Shown here in pieces: positions 10,659 to 19,900 of a DNA stretch of 64,000 nucleotides (position 1 is its first letter; the number at the start of each line of letters is the position of its first letter). This DNA comes from Cyanophora paradoxa CCMP329 (Eukaryota > Plantae > Glaucophyta): assembly GCA_004431415.1 (NCBI GenBank), contig QPMI01000136.1, forward strand, positions 62,001 through 126,000, read 5' to 3'. Position numbers and translations under genes: made by a program. The notes under the pieces were generated by a model, which worked only from the letters and a program-made list of their open reading frames with translations, did no database searches and was not told where the DNA came from.

Positions 10659-10820
10659 TGTCAGGCACTGTCAGGCACTGTCAGGCACTGTCAGGCACCT
10701 TTCTATTTAACTTTTATAAGTTCATGGTTTCATTGTTTTTGCGAACACTGACTTGCAAAAAGTGACAGAGTTTCTTAATGTTAGCTGAATCAGCTGCCTG
10801 ACAATCGAATTCTGCCTGAG
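10659..10820. repeat. Iteron-like module 2: 4 perfect tandem TGTCAGGCAC, AT-rich spacer, 2 inverted copies
   Basis: 10-mers at 10659, 10669, 10679, 10689; TGCCTGA at 10796 and 10813. Confidence 0.9.
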
Positions 10821-10862
10821 GATTTAAAACAAATACATTCTTATAATAGTAAACAGTACAAA

Positions 10863-11180
10863 ATGGCAAGCTGGACTACCAGAATGAGTTCAATGATTGA
10901 GAACAAACATTTCGATAAAGATGATTTGAAGGATATACCAGCTCTTATAGACAAAATCATCAAATGCCAAAGCAAATGTGATGGGTATCAAATGTCACAG
11001 CTTTCCTCCAAAGATATTGATTGTTTGCGATTACAAACAGAGAAAAACTTAATTAACGCCCTTAAACAGTATCACAAAAACCCAAATGTATGGACAAAAA
11101 ATGGATCACATAATCCAATGCATTACAAAGCCAAATTGCGAAAGAAACTAGAAAATCGCGTTCAGAACATCTCAGAATAA
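10863..11180 (+). CDS. Hypothetical protein upstream of pPolB; positional counterpart of 43069-43365
   Basis: ATG ORF; C-terminus KLRKKLENRVQN versus RLQQKLANRAEN. Confidence 0.6.
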   Translation: MASWTTRMSSMIENKHFDKDDLKDIPALIDKIIKCQSKCDGYQMSQLSSKDIDCLRLQTEKNLINALKQYHKNPNVWTKNGSHNPMHYKAKLRKKLENRVQNISE

Positions 11181-11214
11181 AATATTTATTGAGAGTAGGA
11201 ACAAGTTAGGAACT

Positions 11215-14200
11215 ATGCCCCGAATTAGCAACAGACTCATTAGAGAGAAGAAATGGGAACTTATGGGATTACTGGGAACACTGTATGCAGCCCATGAAAT
11301 CACAGAGGCTGAATATGACCGGGAAATCGGATTTATTTCAAGGGGCAGACCCACTTTAGCAAAATTAACCAGAAAAGCCAATAACCTCTATGATAAAGTT
11401 GAAACTCTTGATGAACTCGATCGCCTGAGGCAAATAGAACCAGAGGCAGAAGATGGAACAGCCATGAATGAATTATATCGCTGGCTCACATACAGAGCCA
11501 GAAGGGAAGTTGTGGTAGATGTGATTGAATATTTAGATAGAATTGCAACCTCTCTACCAAAACGTTTAAGAGATAGTCTGGATCAATTCAGGGCAATCAA
11601 AGTTCGCTTGTCGTTTATCTGCAAGTTCGTAAAAGTCAGCAATCCACAGGTTTGGATATCGAAATACATTTACAGCGATTATTTTGTATTAACCAAATCG
11701 AGAAATATTCGAACTGAGCTGAATAAAGCAGCCCAAATGTGTCAGGAACAGATGAATGTTGTTGATAGCTATCGATTGGAGAGAATCGAAATGCTAAGAG
11801 TTGCTATTATGAGTTATGCCCCAACTGGTGGCTGCTATGTTAAAACACCAGAATCAATTGCAGCCAAGAGAGCCACAGTGAATATTCGAAATATTGATGA
11901 TTCTTGCTTTGAAAATGCCATTTTGGCATGGATCCATAGGAAAGATGTAAATTCCCACAAGAGAAGTGAGCTTACACAATATCGCAAATGGAAATACTCA
12001 CCAACCACATACAATCCTTTGGCTCTCAATTTCGACAATATCCCATTCCCTGTTCCTTGTGATGCTGAAATCATTGATAAATTCGAATCTCAAAATGCAG
12101 GCATCAGCATAAACATATTTGGAATGGATGGAGATGTTATATATCCCCTACATCAATCCAGCAACCCAGGCAGAAAGCAAAAGATTAATCTAATGCTCAT
12201 TCATGATGATGAAGGGAATGGTCACTATATTACTATCATGTCCCTTTCAAGACTTCTCAGAGTTGCCCTTGATAAAACCAAGGATCAAAAGTTACACTAC
12301 TGTGATACATGCTTATCTCGATTCAGGTCTGAGGCTAAACTCACTGCTCATGTGGACTCAAACAGATGCATTGATTGGAGACTCTCAAAGGGAATCACCC
12401 CTAAGCCTGACACCACAATAGAGTTTGGACTGAAAAACCTCAGGAAAACTGTCTGGCTTCCTGTTGTGGTTTACTGCAAGATTGAACATAGAAGCATCCC
12501 CATTGATGCATCGAAATCCAAGAGGGAAGTCTCAGCAGTCAACATTAGAATAGTCACTGGGGCAGATGTTCAGGAGTTTCGATTTGAGGGTCAGGATCCA
12601 ATGGGAGGTCTGTTTGAATGCTTGGAGTCCAAAGCAAGAGAGCTAATCGATTTCCTGTTCACCAATATTCCCATGAATGAACTCACAGATGAGCAAAAGG
12701 CTGTTTACAGGGCTACTAAACACTGTTACCTTTGCAGTGAGAGGTTCACCAAAGAGAACTTCAAATGCAGGGATCATGATCACCACACAGGTCATTATAT
12801 TGCTCCTGCATGCAGAAACTGCAATCTCCATAGGAGAATCTCAAAGCAAACCAAAGTTGCAGTTGTTGTTGACCAAATGGATGACTGTGGGACATTCATT
12901 TTCAGAAAAATAGCAGGCATGGGTGATAAAAAGCGAATCGAAATCCTTTCGAAAAACTTTGATCAATACCTTTCATTGCAATGGGGTCTTTACAAGTTCA
13001 TTGATGCAAGTAATTTTATGGACTTTGGGGCTGCTGATGTAGATGAGTTAATGAGCAAATTCCAGGCTTTTAGAAGGCTTTCACACTCAGTATATGGACT
13101 TGACCCAGTTCATTATGTATCTGCACCTGGATTATCTTGGGATGCTATGCTTAGGACCACCAAGGCAAAAATAGAGCTTATAAGTGATGTAGAGCAATAC
13201 GAATTTGTTGAGAGGGGAATCAGGGGTGGCTTTGCAACAATGCCTTGTAGGTATGCTGAGGCTGATGGTGAGAACTCCCATATAATGCTGTTTGATGCTA
13301 ACAACTTGTATGGCTACTGTTTGAGTCAGCCAATCCCAGTTGGTGATTTTAGATGGGAGACCGAATTCAACCCACAAGATAACAGATCCAGTTTCCTGGA
13401 AGTTGATCTGGATTACCCAATTAGGCTGTTTCTAGATCACAGTGATTTCCCCCTAATCATTAACAAGAAAATAATAGATTATGCCGAATTATCACAATAT
13501 CAAAAGAGCCTTTTAGATCTCTCAGGAGAAGAGCTTGATAAGACCCCTAAGCTAACTGCAACCTTTGGTTCTGTGACCAACTATGTGATTTCTGAGCCTC
13601 TTCTGCAATATCTGTTGGACAAAGGGGTGAAATTAAAGAAAGTTCACAGGGTCCTATCATTTACTGTGGCTCCTGTAATGAAACCCTATATTGAGCTGAA
13701 TACTGACATGAGAAGGAAAGCAGTGAATAAATTCGAGGCTGATTTCTATAAACTCATGAATAACTCAATCTATGGGAAATGCATTGAATCTTGCAGAGGT
13801 AGATCTGTGGTTAAGATTGCAAACAGTGAGAAACTGTTTATGAAATATGCAGCCTCCCCATTGGTGAAATCAACAAGTCCCATAAACGAAAAAGCAGTTG
13901 CCTTTGAGTTTTACACAAAGCATGTGAAGCTAGATAAACCTGTTGCTATTGGGGCTTATGTTCTGGATGCAGCCAAACTGCATAACTACAAGTTCTTCTA
14001 TGATACTGTAAGGTCCCAATGGACAAAAGCAAAGTTACTATTCCATGATACTGACTCCTTTTGTCTATATATCGAATCTAAGACCCTACAAAAAGATATA
14101 GAGAATATATCCTATGCATTAGACCTTGGAGGTGATTCCAGAATGACCCCAGGTAAATACAAAAATGAAATGCCTGGCTCTGCTATATTGGAGTATGTGG

Positions 14201-14460
14201 GTCTGAGAGCAAAAGTTTACAGTTTCAGAACTGCTGAGATTGAGAGGAGTAAGCTCTCTGGGACTTCAACTGAGGAACTCCAATTTAATGATTTTAAGCA
14301 GTGTTTATTTGCAGGTATCAGCAAGACTGTGACTGCAAAGCAGAAAAGAAGGGCAGATCACACAATAATAGACACTGTGAGTAGAAGGGTTGCCCTAAAC
14401 TGCTTTGATGCAAAGAGATACATCTTACCAGATGGTATTAATTCTGTTCCTTTTAATTAA
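11215..14460 (+). CDS. polB: Protein-primed family B DNA polymerase (Polinton type) with vOTU-like N-terminal region and endonuclease VII-like Zn insertion
   Basis: Motifs LFDANNLYG, KLMNNSIYGK, HDTDS, GKYKNE, LRAKVYS; CYLC...RDHDHHTG...CRNCN; DDSCF / GHY. Confidence 0.95.
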   Translation: MPRISNRLIREKKWELMGLLGTLYAAHEITEAEYDREIGFISRGRPTLAKLTRKANNLYDKVETLDELDRLRQIEPEAEDGTAMNELYRWLTYRARREVVVDVIEYLDRIATSLPKRLRDSLDQFRAIKVRLSFICKFVKVSNPQVWISKYIYSDYFVLTKSRNIRTELNKAAQMCQEQMNVVDSYRLERIEMLRVAIMSYAPTGGCYVKTPESIAAKRATVNIRNIDDSCFENAILAWIHRKDVNSHKRSELTQYRKWKYSPTTYNPLALNFDNIPFPVPCDAEIIDKFESQNAGISINIFGMDGDVIYPLHQSSNPGRKQKINLMLIHDDEGNGHYITIMSLSRLLRVALDKTKDQKLHYCDTCLSRFRSEAKLTAHVDSNRCIDWRLSKGITPKPDTTIEFGLKNLRKTVWLPVVVYCKIEHRSIPIDASKSKREVSAVNIRIVTGADVQEFRFEGQDPMGGLFECLESKARELIDFLFTNIPMNELTDEQKAVYRATKHCYLCSERFTKENFKCRDHDHHTGHYIAPACRNCNLHRRISKQTKVAVVVDQMDDCGTFIFRKIAGMGDKKRIEILSKNFDQYLSLQWGLYKFIDASNFMDFGAADVDELMSKFQAFRRLSHSVYGLDPVHYVSAPGLSWDAMLRTTKAKIELISDVEQYEFVERGIRGGFATMPCRYAEADGENSHIMLFDANNLYGYCLSQPIPVGDFRWETEFNPQDNRSSFLEVDLDYPIRLFLDHSDFPLIINKKIIDYAELSQYQKSLLDLSGEELDKTPKLTATFGSVTNYVISEPLLQYLLDKGVKLKKVHRVLSFTVAPVMKPYIELNTDMRRKAVNKFEADFYKLMNNSIYGKCIESCRGRSVVKIANSEKLFMKYAASPLVKSTSPINEKAVAFEFYTKHVKLDKPVAIGAYVLDAAKLHNYKFFYDTVRSQWTKAKLLFHDTDSFCLYIESKTLQKDIENISYALDLGGDSRMTPGKYKNEMPGSAILEYVGLRAKVYSFRTAEIERSKLSGTSTEELQFNDFKQCLFAGISKTVTAKQKRRADHTIIDTVSRRVALNCFDAKRYILPDGINSVPFN

Positions 14461-14463
14461 GAG

Positions 14464-15849
14464 ATGCCAGCAACTGGAAGAATAGTTAGGAGAACCACTG
14501 AGCAACTACAAGGTAACCTACTGCCTATCACAGTTCCCAAGGAGGAAAAGGGAGAATCTCGAATTGTAAAAAAGTCAGAGATGAAAGAGCTTGTCCCAGT
14601 AGAGATTCCAGTTGCTATTGCAGTGAAAGAAACCAGCAAGATTGCCAAGAGATTCTATGATGTGAGAACTGGTTACAAAGGGCTTCAAGCTATGAGGGCT
14701 GAGTTACCAGATGAATCCTATAAGCAGTTGCAAGAGTTCTATAAAAAACAAGAGGTAGTTCAGATCAATGCACCTGCTATATCTAGGAAGAGAGATCCCA
14801 TGGTTCCAATAAGGCAACCCCTTGATACCTATGTGATTGATTTGCTCTTTTTCCCAGCTTATAAGAAACAAAACAATGGCTATGATACCTTTATGACTGC
14901 TATGGAATCAACACTGAGAACTGGATATATCATACCTATAAGAGATAAATCAGCTCTCACTACATTAGCTGCATTTAAACAGCTTGAGATGAGAGTGGCA
15001 AGACCCATAGTAAAGGTTCAATCAGATGCTGGGAGTGAATTCCAAAATCGAATATTCCAGGAGTATCTATCTAGTAAATACATAGAACACCAAGTGAGTG
15101 GAACTGCTGACCACAGAAGCCAAGGTCGAATTGAAGCCTTTAACAAGCAGATTAAGAGACTGATCACAAACTACTGCATAGCCAATAACACAGCTAGATT
15201 CTTTGATGTGTTAGGTGACATTGAGTATAATTACAATAATACAGTCCACTCAGCTACTAAGATGAAGCCAGGCGAAACTACAGAGGAGCATTATAGGTAT
15301 ATAGTGGGATTAGAAGATGAAAGATTCAAGAAATCAATAGCTTATCTTGATACCATGCAGCCTGGCATGTTTGTTAGAGTGAAAGTTGAGAAGAACCCCT
15401 TTGCTAAACAGGGTAACAATTGGTCTAGGATGGTTTACACTGTTGATAGTAGGGAAGGCTTTAAGTTTAAGCTAAGGAGTCCCACTGGTGAGATCATAGA
15501 AAACAGGTTTGCTTTCCATGAGCTGTTGCCTGTGAATGCAGTTGAATATCTAGAAACCCCTACAGTGGATGCCTTGGAGCAAGCTAAAGAGGAAGCCAGG
15601 GCTGATGCTGCTATAAGGAGAGAAGGCATAGAAGCTGCTAATGAAGTCCCAGATAAGCCTTTGATAGAGGCTAGAAAGGAGAAGGCTGGGAAAGTTAACA
15701 GGGAACTCAAAAAGCTCACTATAGCAGGGACACAGAAACTTTCTGAGGTTAATAGCCAGAGATGGTATAATGACTTTCAGACTACTAAGGAGTCATATAC
15801 AGCCCCTAAACCTCAGAGAACACTAAGAGAAAGGACCAAAACTAGCTAA
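14464..15849 (+). CDS. RVE (retroviral-like DDE) integrase, Polinton type
   Basis: YVIDLL (D), VQSDAGSEF (D), GRIEAFNKQIK (E), YNNTVHSATKMKP. Confidence 0.92.
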   Translation: MPATGRIVRRTTEQLQGNLLPITVPKEEKGESRIVKKSEMKELVPVEIPVAIAVKETSKIAKRFYDVRTGYKGLQAMRAELPDESYKQLQEFYKKQEVVQINAPAISRKRDPMVPIRQPLDTYVIDLLFFPAYKKQNNGYDTFMTAMESTLRTGYIIPIRDKSALTTLAAFKQLEMRVARPIVKVQSDAGSEFQNRIFQEYLSSKYIEHQVSGTADHRSQGRIEAFNKQIKRLITNYCIANNTARFFDVLGDIEYNYNNTVHSATKMKPGETTEEHYRYIVGLEDERFKKSIAYLDTMQPGMFVRVKVEKNPFAKQGNNWSRMVYTVDSREGFKFKLRSPTGEIIENRFAFHELLPVNAVEYLETPTVDALEQAKEEARADAAIRREGIEAANEVPDKPLIEARKEKAGKVNRELKKLTIAGTQKLSEVNSQRWYNDFQTTKESYTAPKPQRTLRERTKTS

Positions 15850-15898
15850 TTAATAGCATCTAATAAGCATCTCCCCAAGATTCCCCCTATTATTAAAG

Positions 15899-16449
15899 TG
15901 GACTCAAGGTTGACTCATATTAATCGATAGTATATGGATTTTGTTACGAATTCAATGCAAGGGTTGACTAAGTGGGTTGAGTTGACTCAAATTTCACAGG
16001 AAATAACAATGAATCAGAGTATAAAATGCATTATTTGAATCAACTACACCAACTAACACTGAGAAAGTAGGTTATAACATATAGTATTACCATATATGGT
16101 TTGTCAGGCACTATAATATAGTTGTCAGGCACTAATATAGTATGTCAGGCATTGTCAGGCACCTTTTTAGAAAACTTTTATAAAATTGAAATTTCATTGT
16201 TAATCCAAACAATGACTTAGCCAAAATAAAATACTTTATGAAAATCGATAGATTTAATGCCTGACAAATAAATGCTGCCTGAAAGATTTAACACCAACTA
16301 ACACTGAGATTTTCACAATATATGAGGTCCTTACTGAATATGGTTTGTGTCACAGGTGTCACAGGTCTATCCCGTGGATTTTAAAAATCAATTTCTCACT
16401 AGGACTTTCCTTGGGATTGACCTGTGACACCTGTGACACCTGTGACACC
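15899..16449. repeat. Subterminal repeat region with TTGACTCA, TGTCAGGCA (module 3) and GTGTCACAG iteron-like modules
   Basis: TGTCAGGCA at 16102, 16123, 16143, 16153, inverted at 16258 and 16276; GTGTCACAG x2 at 16347, inverted x3 at 16421-16449; 19-bp direct repeat at 16046 and 16291. Confidence 0.85.
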
Positions 16450-16691
16450 CAAATTCCTAAGGGTCCCCCCTTAGACTCAACAAAACAATGATAAAATCAT
16501 ATAAGTTTCATGTATAATTACGATTGAATTCAATAAGAGATCGATTTGTTAATATAAACAAATGAATCATTTATGGATCTTAATCGAGTTTAGCGATATA
16601 TTTCCGATTAAATGAATTAAATTTAATTAAATTTAATCGAGAAAGTACATGAATATAATATCGATTAAATCAATTAACTTTTAGACCAATC

Positions 16692-16974
16692 ACACATAGT
16701 AAAATGCGGAGTTTTAACCAGAGGCAAGATCTAATTGAGATTCAGTTATATTATTCGGAAATATATACAGATTATCGATAGACTCAGTAAGACTAATCGG
16801 AAAATAAGAGAAATTTACGATAAAATATCGAAAAGAATACAAAATAATCGAAATAAATGAATATTCGATAAGATATACACAGATTATCGATTGATTGAAA
16901 TAGAATATACGAGATATATCAACAAAATCAATTAAGATAAGCCGAGGGTTAAAACTCCGCATTTTACTATGTGT
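16692..16974. repeat. Perfect 28-bp inverted repeat forming the right end of element A
   Basis: ACACATAGTAAAATGCGGAGTTTTAACC (16692-16719) and its reverse complement (16947-16974); the GC shift starts right after. Confidence 0.92.
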
Positions 16975-19900
16975 CGCGGGACGGCGAGCTCTGCCCCCAC
17001 GGCCGGGACCACGATCGCGTGGAGACGAGCATGTGGGTGGCGGAGAGCGGCATCCCCGGCGTCCTCGCCGCGACGGCGCACTGCTACTCGCTCCGCTGCG
17101 CCGGCGAGCCGCTCCTGGGCGCCCTCGCGTGGAGCGACCCGGACGCGCTCGGCGACGCGGCGTGCCGCGCCCTGGCCGACGAGGCGCTCCTGCGGCTCCA
17201 CGGGACCGTCGCCGGCATCGCCGACCGCGCCCTGGGGAGCGCGGCGATACGGCGCCAGCAGCGGGCCGATCGGGAGGCCGCGGCCGCCGAGGGGGCCGAT
17301 CCGGACCAGGCCCCTCGGCCCCCGCCCCGCCCGCCCCGCCGACGCTGCCGTCGCGCCCCGACGGGCGGCTCCCGCCCGTGCGCGTCTCCGCGCACGTCGA
17401 GGGCCGCACCTACTGCGTCTGAACCCCCTGCTGGAGCTGCGGGCACCGCAAGGGGCGGGTCTTCATCGACGAGACGTGCGCGGGCGGGACGGGCCGCTGC
17501 AACCGGCGCGGCAGCGTCCGAGTCCGCGCGTGCGCCGCGGCGGCCTGCCAGGGCCGCTGGGCGCACGCGCCCGCGGACCTCGGCGAGGACGACGCGACGG
17601 AGCTGCGGCGCGCCGAGGACGAGGTGGAGATGTTCTCCTCGGGATCTTCCCCGAGCAGAGCGGGACGATGGCGGCCGGCACGTTTGGGGCGACGGAGCGC
17701 AACCCGCACTGGTCGCTCCTCTCGGGGGCCTCGGTCGGCTACCTCGACGCGCTCGGCGCCTGGCTGCGCACCCTCGGCACCGGCGAGGCGCTCCCGGACG
17801 ACGGGGCCCGAGCGGCGCGCCCGCCCCGCGGGGGCCGGGCTCCCGGCTCCCACTTTCTCGAGGACGGCGCCGTCGGCGGGCCGGCGGCCCGCATGCGCGG
17901 CCTGCTGCCGGACCTCGAGACGTGGCGCGGCGCCCTGCGCCTCCCGGACCTCGCGCGGCCGCTGGCGATCCCGCCGGACTTTGATCCCGTCGCCCAACGC
18001 TGGATCGACATCGACGAGCCGGCGGGGGCGGGGGCCCGGCGCTTCTGCAGCCCGGCCCCCATCCTCGCGCGCCTGGACGGCGGGAGGAAGACGATCTTTG
18101 TGCGGGCAGAGACCGGGTGCGGCAAGACGGAGACGTGCGTGGGGAGCCGCGAGGGCTCGGCGGGGGCGGGGCCCCGGGGGATCCTGCAGGCGGTGCTGGA
18201 CGACCCGGCGCTCATGGGGCTCCCCAGCGTCCCCGGCGCGCCGCCCCGCGTCCTCTACGTGACGGTGGGGCGCGTCCAGCCCGACATCCTCGTCAAGGAC
18301 CCCCGCTTCGCGGCCCTCACCTACCCCTCGGCGTCGGGCGAGCGCGTGCCGGTCGCCTGGACCGTCTACAAGGAGGCCCGCTCCGAGGAGCTCGCCGAGG
18401 CGGCGTTTGTCATGTGCACCGTGCAGAGCGGCCGCCGGCTCGAGGGCGACTTTGACGTCGTCATCGTCGACGAGGGGGCGCGGGCCCTCACGACCCTCAC
18501 GACGGGCGGGCCGTTCAAGGGGCCCGAGCACCACGCGCAGACGGTCGCCTGGTTCGACAGGGCGCTGGAGGCGCTGGCGCTCGTGATCGTTGCCGACGCC
18601 GACCTGCTGGACGAGGACGCCGCCCTCTACGCCGCGCGCCGCCCGGGGACGGACGTCGTCTCGTACCTCAAGCGCGGCAGCAACGACGCGCGCCTGCGCT
18701 GGACGGCCATCGACATCCGCTACGCCGCCGCCGTGATCGCCGCCAAGCTCCTCGACGGCGAGGTCGGCTACATCGCCGCCTCGACGCGACGGGCGCACTG
18801 GGAGCTCAAGTCCAACGTCAACCGGCACCTCCGGCTCCGCGGGCAGCGCTGCGAGTTTGTCTACGCCGACGCCGACAAGCGGGCGCGGGACACAATGACG
18901 GACCCGGACTACGTCTCCTCCACCCTCTGCTACGCCGTCAACTACGCGATGCCGCAGGGGAGCGACTTTTCCAGGGGGCGGCCGGCGACGTTTGTCGCCT
19001 ACATCGAAGAGGGGCGCACCGCCGACATCAACGCCGGCTTCCAGCTCGTCCGCCGCCGCCGGCACGTCGTCGGGCCGGACGCCCTGTACTTTTGCCACTT
19101 TCCCAAGTCGGCCCCCCTCCTGGACCGGGTGGGGAGGCCCCTGCACGCTCCCGTCGACTGGCAGGCGATCCACCGCGACCTGACGGACTCGCTCCGCGCC
19201 TGGAACGAGCGGCTCCCCGAGGAGAAGCGCGTGGCGCTCAAGGACCACTACCTGCGCGTGCGGGCGATCCGGACGGCGATCCGAAACGCCACGCACGCGT
19301 GCCCCATGCTGGCGTTTCACCTCAAGCTCCAGTCGCTCGGGAACGAGGGCCTCTACATTCTCCCCCTCCCGCAGCCCCCCGAGGGGTCCAAGAAGGGCTC
19401 GGCCCGCGGCCGCAACCGGCGCGCCCCGGCCGCCCAGGCGCAGGCCCCGGCCCCCGCCGCGCCGTCCGGGGCGCCGTCCGCCGGCGGCCTGCCCTGGATG
19501 CCAGAGGCGTACTCCAAGGAGGCGGGGGTCCTGGCGGCCGAGGTCGAGGCGCGCGAGCGGCTCCTCCCCATCGTCGCCGCCCCGCGCCTCTCCGACTATG
19601 CGTGCGCCAAGGCGATCTGCTCGAGCATGGAGCACGGTACCTCCAAGCTGGAGCTCTCCGACGCCGCCCGGCGCGCCTGGAAGCGCGCGAGGGCCGCCGC
19701 GCGCTTCGGGCTCCACCCCGAGCACGTGGGGCACGCCGAGGTCCGCCTCTCGGAGCAGAGCCCGCCGGTGGAGATCTTCCGCCTCTCCAAGCGGTTCGCC
19801 CTCGACACCCTCGAGTACCTCGCGACCGGCGCGGGGCCCGAGGAGGAGCCGGCGACCCTCCTCCCCGACCACAGCGAGCGCCGGCGTCCCTTTGAGAGCG

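Larger units (their letters stand above)
1..16974. mobile_element. Endogenous Polinton-like virus / Maverick (element A); left end lies outside the window
   Basis: AT-rich, intronless, gene-dense block with MCP, penton-like genes, A32 ATPase, pPolB, RVE integrase and SF3 helicase; abrupt switch to very GC-rich DNA at 16975. Confidence 0.92.

Noticed and set aside
10659-10698. CRISPR-like repeats
   Set aside because: Contiguous 10-mers with no spacers
16692-16974. Independent MITE
   Set aside because: No TSD, and it coincides exactly with the element boundary; not fully excluded
16969-17660. Start and N-terminus of the 1199-aa ORF as listed
   Set aside because: The ATG lies in the terminal repeat of element A; the meaningful Zn finger is in another frame
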